From Catajapyx aquilonaris (Eukaryota), in assembly GCA_000934665.2 (NCBI GenBank), contig JYFJ02000814.1, forward strand, positions 1 through 64,000: a DNA stretch of 64,000 nt, written 5' to 3'. The notes beneath the pieces were generated by a model. That model made no database searches. It was not told the origin of the DNA and saw nothing but the letters and a program-made list of their open reading frames with translations. Of this stretch, positions 12,801-23,191 are shown piece after piece. Position 1 is the stretch's first letter. Each line of letters starts with the position of its first letter. The translations under genes were made by a program, and so were the position numbers.

Positions 12801-14250
12801 CATGACCTCCGGAAGACGTTTGAAAATGTCAGGTATGGGTCGCACAACTCAATTGTAGTGGTATCCTCCTACAACACAATGTTAATGAACGTCCTTTTGC
12901 AGTGCTCTCTTTGCACCATCATGTATCTCTCACACGATTCTGACCCAGAGGCAATGGCGCCACATTGAGATCAGTGGTACCTCTCTACCGAAAGCACTCA
13001 GCTGCTGGGAGTATCAGGGGAAGAGCAGGAAAATGAGAGACCGAACCTTACCTCAGGAGTACTCCAACAGCGTAGGTGATGAAAAACGAGGAGAAGAAGG
13101 GATCAAAAGCACTTCTGCTAGGTGAGTTGATACCAAAAGTTACTAGAATTTTTACCTTAAAAAATTATTAATGTCTAACTTTTTTTCCTTGTGGCAGTCC
13201 TATGTTAGCAGACACGCCTCTCATACCCAGAGTTAAATCAGCAAGGAAGATGATCCGTTCTGGTACACTCATTGAAGGAGCACACCAAAACGCAACTGCC
13301 CTGATGGTTGCCACTAACTCCGCACGACGACAAAGCGCAGAGGATGACGAAGACAGGAGAAGTGATGATGATATGCTGAAGAGGAACAGGCGGAGGAGAA
13401 AGAAACACAGGAGGAAGAATCGCAGAAGGAATCGTGAAAGGGGTGAGAGGAGGCGACGGAAGAGGAAGGGACACAAAAGGAAGAGGCAACGTAAAGGTGA
13501 GAATTATTGTGGTATGAATATCTTGACACCAACAGGTTTTTAAAAAGCCCAATGATTACATATATTCAAGTCAAGCCATTTAAAATCAAGCACAGTAAAG
13601 TAAAACATGCCCTACTAAATTGTAAGACATTACTTTTACTTAGCCACTAGGATACTCTGAGTCTACTCCTCAAAAGAAGTTTATGTAAAATTGCGAATCC
13701 TTGCCATTCATTCATAGAGGAGCAAAGGACTCACGGGCGCTCTGTTGTGTGTGCAGGGCAGAAGACAAGCGCTCGCACCCTCAGGTCTGTATTTGACCTC
13801 CACCTAGAATCCTGGTTGCGGCCTGAGGCTGGTCACCGCTGCCAGCAACGCCTCATCGAGCGATGCACTTGGCCGCAGTGCAACCACTCCTGCCCCAAAC
13901 TGCAGCATCCAGTCACTGGTACGAAAAACTATATGACTTTTCCTACCCTCGTATACTTTTACACTTCCTTATGGTAATATTAATTTTCATTTATGCACAA
14001 ATGCTTAGGTAAACATCCACTGTGCAAATGAAAAATTATTTGTAATTCCAGTCACATCACTCAGTGATTAGTAAGGCTAATGCTAGCATGCTTTCATTTC
14101 ACAGGGGATGAAATTGATTTCATAGAGCTACTCAAGTCCTTGGGCCTGGATATGTCCAACGTGGCCTTTGCTCTAGGGGTGGACCTTCACACACTGAACA
14201 ACATGGATCACAAGGTGGTCCTGCACCTGCTGGCCCAGCAGACCAGCTAG
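6879..14250 (+). CDS. Notum: Notum, palmitoleoyl-protein carboxylesterase (Wnt deacylase; pectinacetylesterase family)
   Basis: Exons 6879-7064, 8837-8931, 11179-11231, 11313-11408, 11473-11533, 11669-11830, 12336-12622, 12697-12832, 12903-13121, 13198-13496, 13718-13918, 14105-14250. Motifs: signal peptide, TCNDGSPSGYY, FLEGGWYC, NPYWWNANHV, PYCSSDSWSG, catalytic GSSAGG, WLFDEAQ, APSCISH, CTWPQCNHSCP. Confidence 0.95.
7136..7637. mobile_element. Tc1/pogo-like MITE in Notum intron 1
   Basis: TIRs CAGTTGACTCCGGATATAACAG / CTGTTATATCAGGAGTCAACTG flanked by TA; the right end is partly duplicated to about 7905. Confidence 0.75.
7919..8112. repeat. Palindromic CpG-rich repeat cluster
   Basis: Units ATCCTCAGCGTTCG..GGCGTATCGTGACG and their inverse copies CGAACGCTGAGGATACGT. 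Confidence 0.7.
9005..9143. mobile_element. Short foldback MITE
   Basis: CAGTGGTGGA...AAGTATCGCCTCCTGGCGGAG / CTCCGCCAGGAGGCGATACTT...TCCACCACTG. Confidence 0.7.
9330..9960. repeat. Degenerate tandem array, about 130-155 bp unit, about 4-5 copies
   Basis: GCACTAAATGCAG followed by AAATT..GTTTTT..TCGTTTT recurs near 9473, 9610, 9764, 9894. Confidence 0.75.
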
Positions 14251-15894
14251 ACTTTGTCTTCTTGTATGTAATTATGTGTATAGTTGGAAAAAAAAAAGTG
14301 TGCAACTTTTAACGTAAGTTCAGAAAGTTGCAGTGTTTTCACTACTGTAGCAATTGTGTAAAAAAAAATAAGCGTAGTTTGTTGTAAGATCAGATGTGTT
14401 TATGTATACAGTACCCGTAGCATTCTTTGGTGTCCTCGTTATAAGTGGTGGATGTGTGTACAAACAAATGGTACAAATGAGAAAAATTCTCAGAATAGAA
14501 CGTGAATATACTCACACATTGTGTTCAATGAGAATATGGAAGTTCATGATCGAGAGGGATAGAGGTTGGGTCAAAGTGCAGCAATTTCCAACGTCACATT
14601 CCATAAACTAGTCCGTATAACCATGTGGCTTAATAAGTGATTTCTGGCCCAAAAGCTTAGTCTACTCTGATTACTATCTCGTTTTCAAATCTTTATTGTG
14701 CATATAAATGCTCAGTATGACTTACGGAGGGGAAGTGAAATTACACAGAGTGACGATTCGGTATTGTGGGTGCTTAATGTGCCAAGCACTTTTGCACGAA
14801 AGCGGATTTGGCTGTTTTAAGCCAGGCTTCACCTATTCTAGTGTGCATGCTACCTCCAATGTTGCATATTCATAAGATTGTTTTTTTTGTTGTATTATAA
14901 TATTTAACAGAGAAAAACCATGGATTTTGCTTTGTTTAGGTGACAGATTGCAAAGTGACATTCTGCACAGGCGAGGCTTCACGGGAAGCACCTTTGGGCT
15001 CACATTTGTATTTACAATGCAATTCAGTATTGTAGGCTACTTGGACAGACATTGTAGCAGTTGTACCGTATGAACAACATTTTTAATGCATCATATCACT
15101 TGTAAACTTTTCTAATTTAATATATGCAGTACAAAATTTTGCAGCATCATTACTCATTGTGCTGAAGTGGTGACCATTAGTTTCATTAAACATTCCATAC
15201 ACATGACGTACCCGTTGCTGTTAGAAAATCAAGTTAATAATTGTGCATAACCATTTTTGATGGACATCATTTATCCAGGCAATAGTTGAGGAACGCCTAC
15301 ATACAGGCTAGTTTTTAAAAAGCAGCATTTTATACAGAATCTTGCGCAATGTCACAACTTCTCATCATATAGAAGCACATTCTCTCAAATGCAAATCACC
15401 GAAAAGTGACGCAATGTCATTACTCCTAGAATGCACATTATGCGAACGAGTGATTCATCTGCAGTGTTCACTGCAGAATGGTGACAAAATCTATGTTACA
15501 CAGATTAACTTGTGCAGGAAAGTTGGACTCAAATCATGACTGTGCGGTTTCTTGCACATGCAAGAATATACACCATAAGAAGGCAAAATCACTCATAGAA
15601 TCTCAGGTTCTCTTTAATATCTGTACTTATACAGTGTATTTACAGTGTGTAGATAAAATCTTCATAATAATAAAAAAAACATGTGTAATAACATCCCCCA
15701 TTTGCCTCATTTGCATTTTTACCTCATTACGCTAATTAATCAGCATCGTTCAGTTGGTTCAACCTCACAGCGCTCACAACCACGACTAATATACTTTTCT
15801 TGATGAGTCAGCTAGTGTCAAATAAAGAGTAATTGATTGTAATTTACCTGAAATAATCGTGTGTCCAGTGGACTCCATTTGTCTTTTCCCCTCC

Positions 15895-16124
15895 AGTGTT
15901 TAAACGCGCCCTAGTTGAGTGACGTCACAGCGAAAGGACGTGCAAGGACTGAACGCGCCCTCCCCGCCCGGCAAAGCGTGTTTCTTTTCTTCTGCCCCTC
16001 TTTTTCCCTTTGTCCAAATCGCGGGCTCTCAGACTGGACGTCTCCTGCTTGGTCTCCTGGGCAGGGATCAAGAGCCACTCGGCCGTACCTTTTTGCCCTC
16101 CAGAGACTGCCGTAGACTGAGGGC
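15895..16124 (+). promoter_or_regulatory. CpG-rich probable MSH2 promoter/5' region
   Basis: Local CpG enrichment, CRE TGACGTCA near 15920 and a GC box near 15962, just downstream of a candidate Notum poly(A) signal (15821). Confidence 0.5.
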
Positions 16125-19100
16125 ATGGCAGGCGCCAAAGGGGCACGGGCCGCCAGCCTTGACACTTTGGGTTTGTCTGCCTCCAAAGGCCACTTTCACT
16201 TGGGTCATCGCCTTTCCAATGCAGCTTTCTTGGGAATTCATCTAAGAGGGGTGTACCACATTCATATGCCACCAATACATGACCCGTGCTGGTCAGCAGA
16301 GAGGCACATGTTATTGATTGAATCCTGCTGGAGCCAAATGCTTAGTGCCACGGGTGTGGCAGCCAGGCCCTTAAGGAGCTGTGTTTTGGAGGTGCGGCGG
16401 ACCCACTCCTGGATAACTACACGCAGTCAACAATGTCCTCGAAATGGTGTTGGCAAAGGGTTTTTTTTTTTTTCATGGATCTGGGTTTGGGTACTTCCAC
16501 ACCGGCTGGCCCCCGGTGACTTTCACCCGCTCAAAGCCTTGGAATAAACCCTTTGGCGACACCATGTCGAGGGCACGTTGTTGACTGCAAGCAGTTGTCT
16601 GGTAGTGGGTGTGCAGCACCACCAAAAAGTGGTTCCTGGAGCGCCTGGAGAGCCGTGATCAGCTTTTGATTACATACAATAGGCTACTTTACCATAACAC
16701 ATGCAGCGGCCAATTATATCAGGCTTGTGTTGTAAACGGCTGTGAGGAGAAGTACAGGTACCTGTGTTAAAAACAAGCTACTTTACCTGGTATTGCGACA
16801 ATATAAAAGGCTGGTTGCGTGAAAGAAGTGGATTAAAGATAAAGATATTATGATAACATTCATTTATTTCTATTGATGTGTAAAAAACCACCAGACAAGA
16901 GATAATTTTAATGTACATTAGTGACTTTCATTTCTTTACAGATGCAAATCAGCAGAGAGGATTCATCTCATTCTTCAAAGAATTACCAGAGGTATGGTCT
17001 GACTTATTTTATTGTGCAGCATTAAAATGTCTTTTCTGTTCAATTTAGGGCTTGAATTGTATAGATAAGAGACCTTCAGACATAGCATATAGCTTTTAGC
17101 CCAGTTTGCCAAAGAAATTACGGACATTTTCAGCCACCACTCCAACCTTCTCCTTCACCTTCTCTCCAAACTTCTCCGCCTTCTCTTTCACCTTCTCTCC
17201 TACATGGGCTGCCTTCTCCTTGATCTTGTTCCCGAAACGCTCAAGCTTGTCTGCAAAGCCAGGGGGAGGAGTTTGGACTGGGACATATTCATCTTCATGG
17301 CCAGCACTGCCTGGAGATGCATCCAGCGGGTTCATGTCTTGGGCCGTTTGAACAATATCCTGATCAAAGTCACCCAGGGTTTCTAAGGGAGCGTCCTCAG
17401 ACTGCTGGCCGTAGTCGAAGCTCAAGAATTGTCCTGGATGCTGTTCAGCTGCGTCCTGGGCAATTTGGTCCGTTTGGTCGAACATGCCTGTATCGAATTC
17501 TTCCCCTTGGGCGAACTGCTGTCCCTGGCCAAAGTCCTCACCCTGTCCGAACTGCTCTCCTTTGCCGAAGTCCTCGCCCTGTCCGAACTGCTGTCCCTGG
17601 TCAAAGTCCTCACCCTGTCCGACCTGCTCTCCTTTGCCGAAGTCCTCGCCCTGTCCAAACTGCTCTCCTTTGCCAAAGTCTTCACCCTGTCCGAACTGCT
17701 CTCCCTGGCCAAAGTCCTGCCCTTGTCCGAACTCCTGGCCCTGTCCAATGGCATCATCTTCTTGCCCAGTATTGCCGTGGACCACGGTTTCATGCTCTCT
17801 GCCATGCCCATGTCCTTCTTCAGTGTGTGTGTGGCCCAAGTTTTCACCCTGTCCAAATTCTTCCTGCCCCTGACCAAAGTGTTCGGTCTCTTCAAACTGT
17901 TGGCCCAAGTCCCCAGTGTGGAAATCCTCTCCTACTTGGCCGAAATGTTCACCTTGCTCAAATTGTTGTCCCTGGTCCACACGCTCAGTTGGCTTGAAGT
18001 GACCATGCTCGTTTCCAATGTTAGCTGGCACCTCATCTAGGCTGAACTGATCTTCTTGTCCAAATTGTTCAACCTGATCCAGGCCAGAATCCTCCTTTTC
18101 CATACTCTCAAAACCTTCCTCTGAAGAGTCGTATCCATGTAGGTGTACGTGGTGGTCATGTCCGTGGTGGTCATGTCCGTGAGTCATCTGTGTCAAATCA
18201 TCGTCTGGATTGGGTGTCTGCCAATTCCACATCCACTTCTCATTTGATGACTGCTGTGGAATGTGTAGCACGGCATCCTCTTGTCCAACGTCATCAATGA
18301 GGACAGGTCTCACGTGCGGCTTACTTGGTTGGTAACGGGATGTCTTGACTTGTGGATTTGGCATCGACACCACTCCAGATATAATTAGTGCGATGCTCAA
18401 CCAAAGTAGTAGAGCCATCTGTACTGAGGAGATGGTAAAAGTTAGTACTGATAGGTTTCACTGTAGTAGTATTTTAGATGTCACTGGCTAATGCGTTTGC
18501 ATTTTTGCATGAAAGAGCAGAAAAATTTGAAAATTACTGAACTGGTTTTTAGAGTAATTTAAGTAAGCAAGATACGCATTTACTATTTATTGCAGTGTGT
18601 CATTACTCTCATTAGTCACCACCCCCTCCTGATGTTATCCGACTTCATATAGAAAAGACATTTGTCAACTCATTTTGTTCCACTTTAACAATGACTTTCA
18701 GCAATGTGGTATAAAAGTGCAATATTTATGATATGGCCAAGCCTTACCTTGAGTGCAGTTTTATCAGTCGTCACAGTTGCACAGCTACAACAAGACTGAA
18801 AATGAGTGTGGCTGCCACAATCTTAAGTAGAAAACCTCAAGCTTCCTGTGGCTTCCTGTCATTTGCTGGAAGTGGACCTCCGGCTCGATTTTGAGAATTT
18901 GTTATGCAATCAGCGTCTATTAATATGGGTGATTGGGCAGGAACTCATTACGCTCACAAAGCTCACTTCTTTTTTTTGTGATGGACAGTTCTGGGTAGAT
19001 GTAACTTTGCCCTTGGGGTTTTCCATTTGCCTCGGTGAAATTTATTCACTGCCAAAGGTCACAGGGTGGAAGGGAAGGGATAAGAAAAGGCCACGGTTCC

Positions 19101-22100
19101 CTTATCTTGCATAAGGGGATATCCGTGTGGTGGTTGGATTGACCGCAATGTTTTACTAACTGTTAATGCTCATTTCAGAAACCGACCACAACGGTGAGGT
19201 TTTTTGATCGCAGTGATTACTACACTGTTCACGACCAGGATGCACATCTTGCTGCCAAGGACGTCTTCAAGTCCACAGCGGTCATCAAGTACTTGGGTTC
19301 TGGTGGGTCTCAGTTATGCCACTGCAGGATTTTTAACATTGCAATTTGCATAACCACTGGCCATGCTAAAGGGGACTGTTATTTCAGACACCAACAAACT
19401 TGCATCAGTAATACTGAGCATCCGAAACTTTGAGTTCTTCATACGTCATCTCGTCCTGGTGAAGCACTACCGTCTCGAGATATTCAAGAACAAGGCATCA
19501 AAAGGCAACGACTGGCATGTGGAATACCGTGCATCGCCTGGCAATCTCATCCAGCTTGAACCACTCATAAACATACCTAGTCATGATGTCGCTAGCAATG
19601 CACTCATGGCTGTCAAATTTGCCGCTAGTGGTCAGAACAAGCTCATCGGTGTCGCTGTTGTGGACGTCACCACTCGACAGCTGTCAGTGTCTGAGTTCAC
19701 CGATGGGGAGGAGCTGTTCAACTTGGAGGCACTGGTTGTACAGTTGGGGCCAAAAGAATGTGTGGTTACAAAAGCCAAAGAGACCAAGGAGCCAGATGGA
19801 ACCAAGAAGATTGCCAACACTGAAGATGCCAGGTTGAAGGAGTTGTTTGAACGCAGTGGAGTACTACTAACAGAGGCAAAGAAGTCTGAATTCAATGCAA
19901 CTGACATTGTCCAGGATTTGAACCGCCTCTTGAAGGCTGAAAATGCTGCGACCTTGCCTGAAATGGACAAGACTACTGCAATGTCTGCTCTAAGCGCGGC
20001 CATCAAATTCATGGGGCTCCTTCAAGACGAAGACAACTTTGACCAATTCACCCTTCAAACTATAGACAACAGCTGTTTTGTGCGCTTGGATGCAACTGCA
20101 ATGAAGGCCCTCTCTTTGATGCCGAGCCCAGAAGAGCGTCACCGAGACCCATCCCGGAGTGTCTTATCACTGCTCAACTGTTGTCGAACAGCAGCAGGTT
20201 CACGCTTGCTTGAACAGTGGCTGAAACAGCCCTTGATGGACCGCAACAGGGTGGAAGAGCGGCTGAACATTGTTGAGACTCTTGTTGATGATACCGAGTT
20301 ACTGCAAGGTCTGGCAGGGGACTACCTGACCCGCATCCCAGACCTGCACAAGCTGGCAAAGAAGTTCTACCGGAAGCGCGCTTCGCTTAATGACTTATAC
20401 TTACTGTACCAGGCATTGAAGAAAATGCCTCGATTGGTTGAAGCACTGCGGCAAAATGAAGGGAACCACACGGCCGTGATAAATGACGTGTTTGTGCAGC
20501 CTTTGGAATCGCTGATGGATATGATGAAACCATTTTGCGAGATGATTGAGCAGACTCTTGATTTGGAAAGGGCCGGCAGGGGGGAATTTGTGATCAAGGC
20601 GGACTTCGATGAAGGCCTGCTGAGTAAGTCTCTGTCTTTTATAACACTTTTCATGTTATTTGATTAACTATATGATCTCGAGTTGCAGTACAACTTAATA
20701 CGTCTGCTATACTCGCATTAGTTGTAATTGAGCAGACGATAAAAAACTGATGCCATATATTGAAATATTTAGAGAGGAACTCTTGTATCTGAATTCTGTG
20801 TGTAAAGAATAGATAATCTTGCTGTTTTACTTCCCTACTGCATTTTACACAGCATCTGTATCTTTGCAGAAACGAGAGGTCAGATCGATGAGGTGGAAGA
20901 GGAAATGAAGACGACACGCAACAAAGTGGCTCGTGACCTCCGTCTGGATACAGCCAAGGTCAAGCTGGAGTCCAACGCCCAGATTGGCTACTACCTGCGT
21001 GTAACCCTCAAGGATGAGACCCGCCTGCGTAACAATGAGAATTACATTATGCTTGACACCAACAAGAGTGGTGTGCGATTCCACAATTCAGATATGCGCC
21101 ACCTGAACAAAAAGTATCTGCAATATCGGGAAGATTACGAACTCCAGATGCGTGACGTTGTTAAAGAAGTTGGGAAGGTTGCATGCGATTACTCGGAGCC
21201 AATGACGATGCTTTGTGGAGTGTTGGCACCCCTGGACGTCCTGACTGCATTTGCCAGTGTGGCTGTGTCTGCTGGATCACCCTATACACGTCCCATCCTC
21301 CACGACCCAGGGCATGGAATCATGAAATTGAAGCAGGTGCGCCATCCATGCTTGGAGCTGCATGAAAACACGGAGTTTATCCCAAATGACATCGAATTCG
21401 ACGCCAATGGAAAGTACTTTTACATCATCACTGGGCCCAACATGGGTGGGAAAAGTACGTTCATAAGATCAGTTGGAGTGGCAGTATTGATGGCACAAAT
21501 TGGTTCGTTCGTGCCTTGTGAAAGGGCAGAGATTTCCATGGTGGATGCCATCCTTGCCCGAGTAGGTGCTGGAGATTGCCTGATGAGGGGCGTCTCCACC
21601 TTCATGGCCGAGATGCTTGAGGTTTCCACTGTGATAAAGGTGAGTTGGCAGTAATTGCATTTGAACTGGACTGATGCTAATTCCATCTTCGTTCAGGTTG
21701 GCACACCCAAGTCGCTGATCATAATGGATGAGCTTGGACGTGGAACATCTACTTATGATGGCTACGGACTTGCATATGCCATATCAGACCACATAGCCAA
21801 GGAGGTGAAGGCCTTCTGCATGTTTGCGACTCACTTCTATGAGTTAACATCTCTTGCTGATGACATCCCCGCAGTGGGCAACCTTCATGTGACTGCCCAC
21901 ACCGAGAAGGACAAACTCACTTTCCTGTATGAGGTCAAGCCAGGGTGCTGCGACAGAAGTTTTGGGCTACATGTGGCAGAGATGGCTGGGTTTCCTCCGG
22001 ATGTTTTGGAGGAAGCCAAGAAATTGGCTGCTGAGCTGGAAGACTGGAACGGAGATGCAGCTACCAGTGGTCCACTAGCTGGGGATGGGCAGGATGCCGT

Positions 22101-22416
22101 GGAGAAGAGAAGAGCCGTTAAGAAAGTGGGTCCCAATTACTGCCTTCTTGTTTAGAATAAGTGACAATAATGCGAGATTTCCTTGCTTTTGTGATGTCTC
22201 GGGAGTATTGCAGTGTCACTCATCTACTTGTGCTTCTTTTCACAGGAAGGGCAGCAGATCATCGAGACATACATTAAAAAGTTGAAGGCCATGCCTCTCA
22301 GTACCATGAGTCAGGAAGAACAGAGAGCTGCTGTTGCCGATATGAAGAAGGAAATATTGGCAAAAGACAACCTCTACATTCAATACATATTGTCACGCCA
22401 TAAGCATGACACATGA
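16125..22416 (+). CDS. MSH2: DNA mismatch repair protein MSH2 (MutS homolog 2)
   Basis: Exons 16125-16170 (least certain; phase-1 donor G|gtttgt in a CpG-rich stretch), 16942-16991, 19179-19302, 19388-20623, 20870-21639, 21697-22125, 22246-22416. Motifs: [28 protein letters not shown], Walker [37 protein letters not shown]. Confidence 0.95.
16360..16655. mobile_element. Mariner transposase relic arranged as a foldback (copy 1, MSH2 intron 1)
   Basis: [18 protein letters not shown] resembles the mariner YSPDLAPSDFHLF motif; homologous to 50521-50783; inverted arms. Confidence 0.7.
17096..18418 (-). CDS. Uncharacterised secreted acidic Gly/Gln/Glu hexapeptide-repeat protein (440 aa) nested antisense in MSH2 intron 2
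   Basis: Single coding exon with the ATG directly after acceptor ctcagtacag. Signal peptide [18 protein letters not shown]. Upstream UTR exon with donor aag|gtaagg near 18747, Inr TCAGTC at 18794-18799, TATA-like TACTTAAG about 28 nt upstream, AATAAA near 17007-17012. Confidence 0.85.
   Translation of the reverse strand: MALLLWLSIALIISGVVSMPNPQVKTSRYQPSKPHVRPVLIDDVGQEDAVLHIPQQSSNEKWMWNWQTPNPDDDLTQMTHGHDHHGHDHHVHLHGYDSSEEGFESMEKEDSGLDQVEQFGQEDQFSLDEVPANIGNEHGHFKPTERVDQGQQFEQGEHFGQVGEDFHTGDLGQQFEETEHFGQGQEEFGQGENLGHTHTEEGHGHGREHETVVHGNTGQEDDAIGQGQEFGQGQDFGQGEQFGQGEDFGKGEQFGQGEDFGKGEQVGQGEDFDQGQQFGQGEDFGKGEQFGQGEDFGQGQQFAQGEEFDTGMFDQTDQIAQDAAEQHPGQFLSFDYGQQSEDAPLETLGDFDQDIVQTAQDMNPLDASPGSAGHEDEYVPVQTPPPGFADKLERFGNKIKEKAAHVGEKVKEKAEKFGEKVKEKVGVVAENVRNFFGKLG
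17495..17746 (-). repeat. 14 tandem 18-nt coding repeats, G-(Q/K)-G-(E/Q)-(D/Q/E)-F
   Basis: [84 protein letters not shown], read from the ORF. Confidence 0.9.
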
Positions 22417-22528
22417 GCAATTACCAGGTATTTTGACATGGGGTTTGTCGTGAGATTAACTCAAGCATGAACCTGGCGAATTGTCCTTAACATACCGGCA
22501 CCTGCCACAATGTAGTTGTACTGGAGCG

Positions 22529-23191
22529 TGTGAGAGAATATAGTCTGAAATGGTATAAATGGAAACTACATCGAAGCGGGGTAGAGCTTGTGGAAGTTGT
22601 CACGCATGCTGGCCCGTCGTCTAATGGAGGACACAATGCATCGTCTCCTCACGTTTGCACCAGCAGAAGTGAGCTGCTATGAGCATCTCAGAGTCAGGTT
22701 TAGGAAGAAGGAAGATGCTAACCACGATATTAACCATGATGTGGCACAGAAAAGGCCACGCTGTCGTCGTCTGCAGGAGACTACGCCAGAGACTAGCCGC
22801 CGCAAGGGTCTCCGGCCTAGGATGGAAGAAGCCAAAGCCAATGGAACACTCCAACTGGAAGAGACACGCAAGGCTCGAACGTTAAATCAGAAGATGCCAG
22901 CTGGTGAGCTGAAAGAAAAGAGGTTCCAATCCATTGATGGATGTCGGAGTTGATGGAGTGTTCCATTGGCTTTGGCTTCTTCCATCCTAGGCCGGAGACC
23001 CTCGCTGTGGCTCGTCTCTGGCGTAGTCTCCTGCAGACAATGATGGCATGGCTTTTTCTATGATACATCATGGTTGACATCGTGGTTAACATCTTCCTTC
23101 AATTCCTAAACCTGACTCTGAGATGCTCATAGCAGCTCAATTCTGCTGGCGCCATCACGAGCAGACAATGCATCAGACTATATTCTCTCAC
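22529..23191. repeat. Long inverted repeat (arms about 215 bp, spacer about 100 bp) downstream of the MSH2 stop
   Basis: 22637-22853 is the reverse complement of 22954-23172. Outer pair GTGAGAGAATATAGTCTGA / TCAGACTATATTCTCTCAC. Confidence 0.9.

Noticed and set aside
16911..16941. In-frame ATG ([10 protein letters not shown]) just before MSH2 exon 2
   Set aside because: The sequence is a polypyrimidine tract and acceptor, with out-of-frame ATGs upstream.
17495..17746. Regular repeats superficially like a CRISPR array
   Set aside because: Contiguous coding repeats without unique spacers, no cas genes, eukaryotic context.
17317..18040. Long Cys/Pro-rich and Leu-rich plus-strand ORFs (e.g. SSPCPNC repeats)
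   Set aside because: Shadow frames of the minus-strand hexapeptide repeat; no signal peptide or gene signals.
22588..23092. ORFs on both strands with similar translations
   Set aside because: They arise from the inverted repeat; no recognisable protein.
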